A DNA stretch of 64,000 bases from an uncultured Aureispira sp. (lineage in GTDB: Bacteria; Bacteroidota; Bacteroidia; Chitinophagales; Saprospiraceae), in assembly GCA_905480485.1 (NCBI GenBank), contig CAJQQM010000061.1:3704-67703 (forward strand), given 5' to 3'. The notes beneath the pieces were generated by a model that ran no database searches, was not told the DNA's origin, and saw only the letters and a list, made by a program, of their open reading frames with translations. Made by a program: the position numbers and the translations under genes. This document shows positions 51,006 through 59,231 of the stretch, in pieces; position 1 is the first letter of the stretch, and each line of letters starts with the position of its first letter.

Positions 51006-51214
51006 AATTTATAGGCGTTTGATGATCGCGATCATATATTTAAACTAGGATTAAAAATATGCCATTTTAAGCTTGTAATTAAATAGCAATAAAAAATGTA
51101 TAAACAGTGGTATCTAAATTATTATGATTATAAAATAGGGCTTTGAGGCTGTTCGTTAAAGTACGTACTTTAGACCTCCTACATTGAGTTTTTTTGATGA
51201 TTCGACAGCTCTTT

Positions 51215-53023
51215 TTAATCAACAAAATAAAATATCTCTTGTTCTTTGAAGTCAGCCCTTTTGAAAGGGCTCAGATTACTGATTGAATCTATCCCAAATT
51301 CATGCATATTTTTCAAATTTATACCTTGAGAATTTTTTTTGGTTCTTATTTGTTCTCTAATCCTGTAAACGGCAATGTCAACTTTATTTTCCTTCCGTAG
51401 AAGTTCATATTCGATATGCATATTATAATGCCTATGTAAAAAATGAGCATACCATTGTAAAATTGGAGCATTGAATCGATGTACCAAAAAAATTGAACTG
51501 TCGCGAACCGCTTGTGTATGTATATTATCTATACCAAAGTAATCTAACTGTTTGAAGTGTACAGGGGCATTAGACAAATGACCAAAATCTAACATGTTGA
51601 AATGATCAATAAGACTGTCTTGTGTCGGGTGAAAAGGAGTAAGGATTGCTTGCATATAAAAATCACCACCTCCAATATACAATTGATCAGAAGTCGCGTT
51701 TAAACTATCTAAAGCAGCGGTCCAATATTGTTTTTGTAGGGCAGTTTGACTACTCTGTTTAATCAAAGATTTAGTACTCGATAAAGCCAACAAAGCAAGC
51801 AATACTAAACTAAAGAATTTTGTTTGTCGGTTGATAGCTATATTTTTGGCGACAACAATTGCACTCAGCGCTATTAAATAAAAACCCATCGGGAAACTAA
51901 CTCGTTCGGGTAAGTGTTTGAGCAAAAACAAACTATATAAAATCAAATAGACCATCGTTGCACTTGCGAATAGGGTAGTGTAGGTCCAACGGTTCACCTT
52001 AATACACATTAAGGCTATGGCAAGAACTAGAAAAGCATGGAATACATAATCACTCAAAGGTTGTTCTATCCAAAAGTTCCAACTTCGTTCTTCAATATCC
52101 TCGACAGGGGTAGGGCAGTCTTCAAAACTCGATTGAATGGCACTAAATTGTTGAAGTCCAAAAACGGTAGTGTCTGCAAAAAACCACTGTTTGAATAATT
52201 GAAAATCTTCGTACTCCCAACCGACTTTATAAAAATAATCATCGGCTGTATTTTCATTCCACAAATACTGTGACTTTTGATAATCTAAAATATTGTGGGC
52301 AGAAAGGCTTTGTTTGAAGTTGTTGTAGTTTTTCCAACTTGGGTCCTGATTTTCAATCAAATAATGACTTTGATGAATAAGGAATGCACTCGTAGTTATA
52401 CCTAGCATTCCTATCCAAATTGTTCTCCATTTTTGTGATTCAATACTAGCTAAAACTAAAAGAGGAATCCCTAATATCAAGCTAAGTTGAAAGGACTCCC
52501 AACGTATCATAGAACCCCAGATTAGTGCCAATATAGCCACAAGGGTGCAGCCTAATCTACCTTTGTCCACAGAAGAATGCTCAACATATAAAAGTAATAG
52601 GCCACCGCTACACAATACTATAGACGAGGAGGTGAATTGCAGTTCTTGCAATAATAAAGTTTCGCCGACTAAAAAAATTAAAAGGTAAAATGAAAGGCTA
52701 AAAATACTAGGGCGCAGTAGGAGAATACTATACAAAATAGCCGTCATACCCATAAAATGAGCCAAACTAAGATAACTACCATACCAAGGTATTGAGGGGA
52801 TGTTTTCGTAAAGAAAAGAAAGAATAAAACCGATAAAAACGTGGGTGTACCTTAAATAGGCATAGGGTTGATTTATAACGGCTTTGCCTGATAAAATCAT
52901 TTGCATTTCTACATCGTCTGTGGTGCCATAACGGCTGTAGAAAACAGCAAAAAATAGCAGAAAAAGACAAGCATTAATACCTATACTAACGAGGAGTGGC
53001 TTGTTTTTAAGAATCTTATGCAT
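51215..53023 (-). CDS. Polytopic membrane protein, possibly a GT-C-fold glycosyltransferase
   Basis: About 11-12 hydrophobic helices, DD pair in the first loop (YGTTDDVEM), large central loop and soluble C-terminal domain. GT-C assignment is inference. Confidence 0.6.
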   Translation of the reverse strand: MHKILKNKPLLVSIGINACLFLLFFAVFYSRYGTTDDVEMQMILSGKAVINQPYAYLRYTHVFIGFILSFLYENIPSIPWYGSYLSLAHFMGMTAILYSILLLRPSIFSLSFYLLIFLVGETLLLQELQFTSSSIVLCSGGLLLLYVEHSSVDKGRLGCTLVAILALIWGSMIRWESFQLSLILGIPLLVLASIESQKWRTIWIGMLGITTSAFLIHQSHYLIENQDPSWKNYNNFKQSLSAHNILDYQKSQYLWNENTADDYFYKVGWEYEDFQLFKQWFFADTTVFGLQQFSAIQSSFEDCPTPVEDIEERSWNFWIEQPLSDYVFHAFLVLAIALMCIKVNRWTYTTLFASATMVYLILYSLFLLKHLPERVSFPMGFYLIALSAIVVAKNIAINRQTKFFSLVLLALLALSSTKSLIKQSSQTALQKQYWTAALDSLNATSDQLYIGGGDFYMQAILTPFHPTQDSLIDHFNMLDFGHLSNAPVHFKQLDYFGIDNIHTQAVRDSSIFLVHRFNAPILQWYAHFLHRHYNMHIEYELLRKENKVDIAVYRIREQIRTKKNSQGINLKNMHEFGIDSISNLSPFKRADFKEQEIFYFVD

Positions 53024-53072
53024 AGCTGCGTGCTGTTTGAACGACTAAAATATCAGTTCCTAAATACGTATT

Positions 53073-53795
53073 TTACAGGAAAAGGTAAAATCTTTGATGT
53101 AGTTTTTTAAATTCTTCTGTGTAATTATGAGGGCCTTTTTCAAGGCTTCTTAAAACCAATTCTTTTTCTTGGCAAACACAAGGATATTTGACCAATTCTA
53201 TTAACAAACGATTGGCTTTTTTGCCAATTTTAGGAATTACGAATGTTTTTCGTTTCAGGTAGAATGCATATTTCTGCGCACTCAAAATAAAAATATTCCC
53301 CTCTTCAAGAGGTAATATTAAGGATAAGTTTCCTGTAGGACTCAACAGTTCGAAAGCGCTAGATATCAGTTCGTTTTTAGGGAGATATTCGGTGGTGCGC
53401 GCCTTACTTCTTGCCTCTTTAGTGATAGCAGTACTACTATTGATATCAAAATAGGGCGGATTGGTAATTATTGAATCATAAAGCCTAGGGGTGGTGGATT
53501 GGTAGTTTTGTATCGATAAATTGATACAATTTAATCGATTTGACCAAGGACTCTTTGAAAAATTATCGTTTGCTTGTTCTGTAGCTTCTTGTTCTATTTC
53601 AACCGCGTCGATTTGAGCCAATTTATTTCTTTGGGCTGACATCAATGCCAATAGGCCAGTCCCGGTGCCTATGTCTAAAATAGAAGCAGCCTGCGCAACA
53701 GATGCCCAGGCTCCTAATAAGACCGCATCCGTACCAATTTTCATGGCACAGCGATCTTGTTTAATACTAAATTCTTTAAAATTAAAGATAGACAT
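53073..53795 (-). CDS. trmN6: tRNA1(Val) adenine-37 N6-methyltransferase
   Basis: FNFKEFSIKQDRCAMKIGTDAVLLGAW, ILDIGTGTG, IITNPPYF. Confidence 0.92.
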   Translation of the reverse strand: MSIFNFKEFSIKQDRCAMKIGTDAVLLGAWASVAQAASILDIGTGTGLLALMSAQRNKLAQIDAVEIEQEATEQANDNFSKSPWSNRLNCINLSIQNYQSTTPRLYDSIITNPPYFDINSSTAITKEARSKARTTEYLPKNELISSAFELLSPTGNLSLILPLEEGNIFILSAQKYAFYLKRKTFVIPKIGKKANRLLIELVKYPCVCQEKELVLRSLEKGPHNYTEEFKKLHQRFYLFL

Positions 53796-54560
53796 TTAAT
53801 CAAAGTCAAGGTCTAAATCTAGTTCGTCATCATCATCGTCATCATCGTCATCTAAATCTAGTTCATCATCGCCCAAATCAAGATCATCGTCGTCATCGTC
53901 TAAATCTAAATCATCATCGAGATCCAAATCACCTCCTAAATCCAAGTCCAAATCATCGTCGTCATCATCGTCTATTTCAAGATCTAAATCGTCTTCCAAA
54001 TCATCTCCAAAATCGAGGTCAAGGTCATCTAAGTCGTCGTTGTCGTCGAGGTCTAAATCACCCAAATCGAGGTCATCATCTAAATCGAGGTCAAGGTCTA
54101 AGTCATCGTCATCATCGAGATCTAAGTCACCCAAATCAAGATCATCTAAATCGTCATCGAGATCTAAATCTAGATCGAGATCCAAATCATCGTCTAAGTC
54201 AAGGTCGAGATCGAGATCGTCTCCTAAGTCGAGGTCTAAATCATCCAAATCCAAATCGAGGTCGTCAAGATCTAAATCATCCTCATCGGCCGAATTGCCA
54301 CTGCCTAGCCCAGAACTAGCAGATGCAGTTGCATTCGGGTTTTTGTAGATAATGGTATCAAGTTCATGAGATTTGAACACCCCATTTTTTAGAATCGTGC
54401 CTTCGAACCACATACACATAGGATCTCCAGTGTTAAATCCATTTCGTTCCATTCTACGGTCCATAGTCATGAAAGAAGGGCTTTCTTCATCGCCTAAAAG
54501 ACGCATAACAGTCATTGTATGCATGGATTGTTTATGTCGAACTATGTCACCTATTTTCAT
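53796..54560 (-). CDS. YodC/DUF2158-like small domain fused to a ~163-aa Asp/Leu low-complexity tail
   Basis: MKIGDIVRHK..MTV...CMWF...GVFKSHEL matches the YodC pattern. Residues ~92-254 are almost all D and L. Stop abuts the trmN6 ATG. Confidence 0.75.
   Translation of the reverse strand: MKIGDIVRHKQSMHTMTVMRLLGDEESPSFMTMDRRMERNGFNTGDPMCMWFEGTILKNGVFKSHELDTIIYKNPNATASASSGLGSGNSADEDDLDLDDLDLDLDDLDLDLGDDLDLDLDLDDDLDLDLDLDLDDDLDDLDLGDLDLDDDDDLDLDLDLDDDLDLGDLDLDDNDDLDDLDLDFGDDLEDDLDLEIDDDDDDDLDLDLGGDLDLDDDLDLDDDDDDLDLGDDELDLDDDDDDDDDELDLDLDFD
53799..54287 (-). repeat. Low-complexity GAY/YTN codon repeat region (Asp-Leu tail)
   Basis: Imperfect repeats of gatttagac/gatctcgat/gaccttgac units with mixed synonymous codons. 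Confidence 0.9.
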
Positions 54561-54612
54561 AAATTCAATGGTATTGTTAATTACTTAAATTTGGTTGAAT
54601 CAATAGTATCGT

Positions 54613-54891
54613 TTACCAATCGTCGTCGTCGTCGTCGTCACCACCACCACCACCGGCAGGAAGTGGTTCGCCGTTGTCATAGACCAACATGGCTGATTTG
54701 AAGGTTTCTTTTTTTACTTTAAAGTTATCCTCATTAATTTGTTGTTGCCATTCACATACACAGTCTCCCTCTCCAAACCCTTTTAGGGCAGCTAGTTTTT
54801 CTTTGGCACCATCACTTCCCTTAAAAACATAAGTGATAATCATGTGAGGACCACCCGATTTGAGCATAACAACTTCTCCTGCTTGTGGCAT
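54613..54891 (-). CDS. YodC/DUF2158 family protein with a G5D7W tail
   Basis: GEVVMLKSGGPHM...CVCEW...FKSAML is the DUF2158 signature; C-terminus GGGGGDDDDDDDW. Confidence 0.8.
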   Translation of the reverse strand: MPQAGEVVMLKSGGPHMIITYVFKGSDGAKEKLAALKGFGEGDCVCEWQQQINEDNFKVKKETFKSAMLVYDNGEPLPAGGGGGDDDDDDDW

Positions 54892-55042
54892 AGTATTTAA
54901 TTTTAGTATTGTCCAGAATAATCTATGTTCTGATATTTACATCTAATATATAAATTATGTTAAAAATATAACCATAAACAAGGGGCGAATTTTGAATATT
55001 TATTAAGTAGATTAATTTATTGTGCTGTAATTAATTAAGAAT

Positions 55043-55071
55043 AAAAAAGGGACTGATACAATCAGTCCCTT
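55043..55071 (-). terminator. Terminator downstream of pckA
   Basis: AAGGGACTGAT / ATCAGTCCCTT stem with an A run (U run on the minus strand). Confidence 0.8.
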
Positions 55072-55093
55072 AATATATTAATTGTTGTATGTA

Positions 55094-56704
55094 TTAAACC
55101 GAGGCTGTTGCCTTAGGGGCCGCTGCCATAATTTCCTCATTGGCTTGTTCGGCATATTGTTTGAAATTGTCAATAAACCCTAGGGCAAGCGATTGAGCTT
55201 TTGTGTCATAAGCTTTAGTATCAGACCAAGTATTTCTTGGGTTCAGAACGGTATCAGGTACCTCCGGGCAACTATCAGGAACTGCAAGGCCAAATACAGG
55301 GAGTGTACTAAAATTAACCTGGTCTAAAGCCCCATTAAGAGCCGCAGAAATCATTGAACGAGTATATTTTAGTTTCATTCTATTGCCAATACCATAGGGT
55401 CCACCCGACCATCCTGTGTTGACCAACCAAACGTTTACATTGTGGTCTTTCATTTTTTCTCCCAACATTTCGGCATACTTCGTAGGATGTAGGGGTAGGA
55501 AAGGGGCTCCAAAACAAGCAGAGAATACGGTAACTGGCTCTGTAATACCCGCTTCTGTTCCTGCAACTTTTGCAGTATAACCCGAAATAAAGTGATACAT
55601 TGCCTGACCAGGATTCAATTTTGAGATGGGAGGCAATACGCCAAAAGCATCACAGGTAAGGAAGAATATATTTTTAGGAATTCCACCTTTAGATGGTTCT
55701 AAAGCGTTGTCTATATGATGAATAGGATAAGAAACACGTGTGTTTTGGGTGATATCAATGTTTTCGTAGTCAGGGATGCGTGTCCCTTCAAAAAACTTTA
55801 TGTTTTCCAGAATTGCACCAAATTTGATAGCGTTAAAGATTTCTGGTTCTTTTTCGGCAGACAAGTCAATTGTTTTGGCATAGCATCCACCTTCAAAATT
55901 AAAAACACCTTCATCAGACCATCCGTGTTCATCATCACCAATCAAATTGCGTTGAGGGTCGGCAGAAAGCGTCGTTTTGCCTGTTCCTGACAAACCAAAA
56001 AATACAGCACTATCGCCTTTTTTTCCAACATTTGAAGAACAATGCATAGACAATACGTTCCGTTGATGCGGTAGAACATAATTTAAAACGGAGAATATAC
56101 CCTTTTTGATCTCACCAGTATATCCGGTACCCCCAATTAAAATTACTTTTTTGCTAAAACTAATGACTGCAAAGTTGTGTTGACGTGTGCCATCGCTTGC
56201 TGCATCTGCCATGAATTCTGGAGCACATAGTATTGTCCATTCAGGGTTTGCTGCCAATATTTCCTCGTTGCTTGGACGCAAAAACATATTGCAGGCAAAC
56301 ATCGCTGACCATGGTTTTTGAGCCACCAAACGTAAATTTAAACGGTAGTTATCGTCGGCACATGCATAAGCATCGCGAACATAGACATCTTTACCGTTGA
56401 GATAGTTGGTCACTTTTTTGTAAAGAGCATCAAACTTATCGGCGTCAAAAGGCATATTAATATCATTCCAATCAACTGTATCTTTGGTTATCTCATCTTT
56501 GACAATAAATCTATCTTTTGGGGAACGACCAGTAAATTCTCCAGTTTTGATAACTAAAGCCCCGGAGTCAGCTAAAACTCCTTCTCCCATTGCGATACTG
56601 CGTTCTACCAATTCCGGAACCGGTAAATTCCAGTAAGCACGTACATTATTAAGACCAAGCTTCGATAAATCTGCCGAGGGATTTTTTATACCTGATTGCT
56701 GCAT
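55094..56704 (-). CDS. pckA: Phosphoenolpyruvate carboxykinase (ATP)
   Basis: TGRSPKDRF, YTGEIKKG, MHCS, FFGLSGTGKTTLSAD, IGDDEHGW, FEGGCYAK, NTGW. Confidence 0.97.
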   Translation of the reverse strand: MQQSGIKNPSADLSKLGLNNVRAYWNLPVPELVERSIAMGEGVLADSGALVIKTGEFTGRSPKDRFIVKDEITKDTVDWNDINMPFDADKFDALYKKVTNYLNGKDVYVRDAYACADDNYRLNLRLVAQKPWSAMFACNMFLRPSNEEILAANPEWTILCAPEFMADAASDGTRQHNFAVISFSKKVILIGGTGYTGEIKKGIFSVLNYVLPHQRNVLSMHCSSNVGKKGDSAVFFGLSGTGKTTLSADPQRNLIGDDEHGWSDEGVFNFEGGCYAKTIDLSAEKEPEIFNAIKFGAILENIKFFEGTRIPDYENIDITQNTRVSYPIHHIDNALEPSKGGIPKNIFFLTCDAFGVLPPISKLNPGQAMYHFISGYTAKVAGTEAGITEPVTVFSACFGAPFLPLHPTKYAEMLGEKMKDHNVNVWLVNTGWSGGPYGIGNRMKLKYTRSMISAALNGALDQVNFSTLPVFGLAVPDSCPEVPDTVLNPRNTWSDTKAYDTKAQSLALGFIDNFKQYAEQANEEIMAAAPKATASV

Positions 56705-56816
56705 TCGTCTTCTTTTTTATTGAATTTAGGAAGCTATTTGAAAGCTTGGTAAATTCTGATTTTTAAATTAAATAATTTTTGTTGAACAAGGATTACCTTA
56801 TGTTTCCTTGGGATAC

Positions 56817-56824
56817 CAAATTTA
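56817..56824 (-). promoter_or_regulatory. Putative -7 element (TAAATTTG) for pckA
   Basis: TAnnTTTG match about 110 nt upstream of the ATG, downstream of the aminotransferase terminator. Confidence 0.55.
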
Positions 56825-56879
56825 CGAAAGATTGTTAATCGATAAAATTATTCGTTAAAAACATTCCGACAGAACTTGA

Positions 56880-56920
56880 CAAAAAAAAGAAGCTAACCAT
56901 GGAAAATCGGATAGCTTCTT
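56880..56920 (-). terminator. Terminator downstream of the aminotransferase
   Basis: AAGAAGCTA.CC...GG.TAGCTTCTT stem preceded by an A run. Confidence 0.75.
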
Positions 56921-56930
56921 GTTCTATAAA

Positions 56931-58154
56931 TTAAACGTTTATTGCTTTAGTTTGTTTCTTAACAACACCAGGATACACCTTCAAAGCAGCCTCGAGACAA
57001 TCCATCGCTTCGTTCAAAGCATTTGTGTTTAGTACATAGGCGATTCTAGCTTCTTGCCTCCCAAGGCCTTCGGTGTCGTAAAATCCTGTTCCGGGGGCCA
57101 TCATTACTGTCTTTCCATTGTGACTAAACTCCTCCAAAAGCCACTGACAAAATTTATCAGAATTGTCGACAGGAAATTGCACAAAAGTGTAAAAAGCGCC
57201 TAAAGGATTTGGACAAACCACTCCTTCCATTGCTTGCAATCTGTTGATCACCGTTTTTCTTCTGAGGTCATATTCTTTGGTAACTTCTTCGAAGTAAGAA
57301 CGTGGAGTATCAATCAAACCTTCTCCAAGAATTTGAGCCAAAGTAGAGGGACTCAATCGGGCTTGTGCCAATTTCATGGCCTCTGCCATCATTGCTTTGT
57401 TTTTAGAGACGACTAGACCTAATCTAGCGCCGCATGCACTATACCTTTTGGAGATAGAATCAATCATTACTGCATATTCTTCCATACCATCTATTGCTAA
57501 AATAGACGTATGTTGCTGTCCTTCGTAGCAAAAATCTCTGTACACTTCGTCTGCTATGAGATAAAGGTCGTGGCGCTGAACGATTGATTTTAATTGTTCT
57601 AGTTCCTCAACAGAGTACATGTAACCCGTTGGATTGGATGGGTTACAAATCAAAATAGCTTTAGTTTTGGCGCTTATCTTTGCTTCAAAAGCATCGATAG
57701 GAGGCAAGGCAAAACCCGTTTCTATATGTGCTGTAATGGGCACAATATTTACATCCAAACTTTTGGCAAACCCATTATAATTGGCATAAAATGGTTCGGG
57801 GACAATAATTTCATCTCCTGCATCTGTACAAGCTAAAATAGCAAAAAGTAAAGCCTCCGACCCACCGTTAGTGACAATCATCTCCTCGGAGTTGATATCA
57901 ATAGCATACCGACTGTAAAATTCTACCAATTTGTTGCGGTAGCTAGCGGTACCTGCAGAGTGAGAGTAGGCTATAACACCTAGGTCAGCTTCTTGTAGTG
58001 CTTTAACACCAATTTTGGGTGTTTCAATATCAGGTTGACCTATATTTAAATGAAAGACTTCTGTGCCTTTCTTTTTGGCAGCTTCTGCAAAAGGAACCAA
58101 TCTTCTAATCGGTGAGGAGGGTGTATTTGCTGTTCTTTTGGATGTCTTTGGCAT
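56931..58154 (-). CDS. PLP-dependent class I/II aminotransferase (aspartate aminotransferase-like)
   Basis: LNIGQPD, TNGGSEA, NPSNPTG, IADEVY, SISKRYSACGARLG (PLP Lys). Confidence 0.93.
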   Translation of the reverse strand: MPKTSKRTANTPSSPIRRLVPFAEAAKKKGTEVFHLNIGQPDIETPKIGVKALQEADLGVIAYSHSAGTASYRNKLVEFYSRYAIDINSEEMIVTNGGSEALLFAILACTDAGDEIIVPEPFYANYNGFAKSLDVNIVPITAHIETGFALPPIDAFEAKISAKTKAILICNPSNPTGYMYSVEELEQLKSIVQRHDLYLIADEVYRDFCYEGQQHTSILAIDGMEEYAVMIDSISKRYSACGARLGLVVSKNKAMMAEAMKLAQARLSPSTLAQILGEGLIDTPRSYFEEVTKEYDLRRKTVINRLQAMEGVVCPNPLGAFYTFVQFPVDNSDKFCQWLLEEFSHNGKTVMMAPGTGFYDTEGLGRQEARIAYVLNTNALNEAMDCLEAALKVYPGVVKKQTKAINV

Positions 58155-58428
58155 CTTTTTAAAAACTTTTAGTGTTCAAATAGTTTAGTGAGCATAAAGG
58201 TAACTATTTAGGAAGTAAAATGTATTTTTTTTTTGAAAAATCTTAAAAGATGTTTTCAATTTTTATTGACATTTTAGTCTTATTGACACCGCCATATAGT
58301 TAGATATTATGCTGTATATTATTAAAATAGATTAAAAGGCTTTCTAGCTAAAAAAGCAGGAGATCCCTAAAGAGTTGGCAATCTACTAATCTATTTTGGT
58401 AATGGTTGCACAACTTTTTTTTTAATTA

Positions 58429-58947
58429 CTAAGGTTTGAGCGCCTTTATTTTTTTTAAAATTAGACTGAGTGAGTTGAGGCTAGGAAGCTCAAGAGCTCC
58501 AAATTCGTCTCTATACTTGCAATGTACCTCTAATTTATATAAAGCCTTGTTTATAGCTCGTATCCCCTTAGGTGCGTCCACTAGTTCTAATTTAATATTA
58601 TTCCAGTTAGTTTCGGTACGATAAGGGCCTTCTAAATGTTGATTGCTACAAAAAAATGCCTCCTGAAAACCACTTCCCCCTGAATAGCTAGTTTTGAACC
58701 ACACTATTTTACCTTTTTTGGATTGTTCTGTCATAAATAATTTCAGAACCGTCAGCTCAAGATTTACAGAGCTATTAACTGCTTCTGTTTGCGCATATTT
58801 ATCCTTTAAGCTAGCCACAAATTCGGGACTTGCTGGCAAAAGTGAAAAATCTTGTTTCAACGGTAGTTGCACTGCATCAGGCCATTCTTCACATATTTTA
58901 AGTATAACAGTTTTGTGGGCAATGAATGCTTGAATAGAATGAGACAT
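58429..58947 (-). CDS. Hypothetical protein
   Basis: 172-aa ATG ORF with motifs TSYSGGSGFQEA, INKAL, DEFGALEL, which resemble a widespread uncharacterised family (recalled, not searched). Confidence 0.65.
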   Translation of the reverse strand: MSHSIQAFIAHKTVILKICEEWPDAVQLPLKQDFSLLPASPEFVASLKDKYAQTEAVNSSVNLELTVLKLFMTEQSKKGKIVWFKTSYSGGSGFQEAFFCSNQHLEGPYRTETNWNNIKLELVDAPKGIRAINKALYKLEVHCKYRDEFGALELPSLNSLSLILKKIKALKP

Positions 58948-59231
58948 AGTCTAATTTTTTTGGCCGTACGTTATTTTTACAATAATTCATTTTCAATCTT
59001 ATTCTTGTTATACCTATATTTTTGAATTTAGTTACTTTCAAATCGAATTTTATTAAACTTGATTAAATTTTAAGAAATCTAGCGTTCAGGAAGTAGTTTT
59101 TCATATTTGTTTTCTATTAAGTTTTTCAAACGTTTGATAATAAATCGTTTAGTGCAAAATTTTTCCTTTTTGATTTTTTTTTCTATCTTGAAGTTATTGT
59201 AAAATGTACAATAATAAAAACCCCCTTTAAT

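Noticed and set aside
54040-54348. Antisense Ser/Lys/Arg-rich, protamine-like ORF opposite the Asp/Leu tail (frame open from 53800)
   Set aside because: The reverse complement of GAY/YTN codon runs automatically gives S/K/R codons without stops. No ATG, promoter or RBS evidence, so it is a by-product of the sense repeat.
54519-54701. Antisense ORF with RRRRRHHHHH
   Set aside because: Mirror of the G5D7 codon tract of the 54613-54891 gene.
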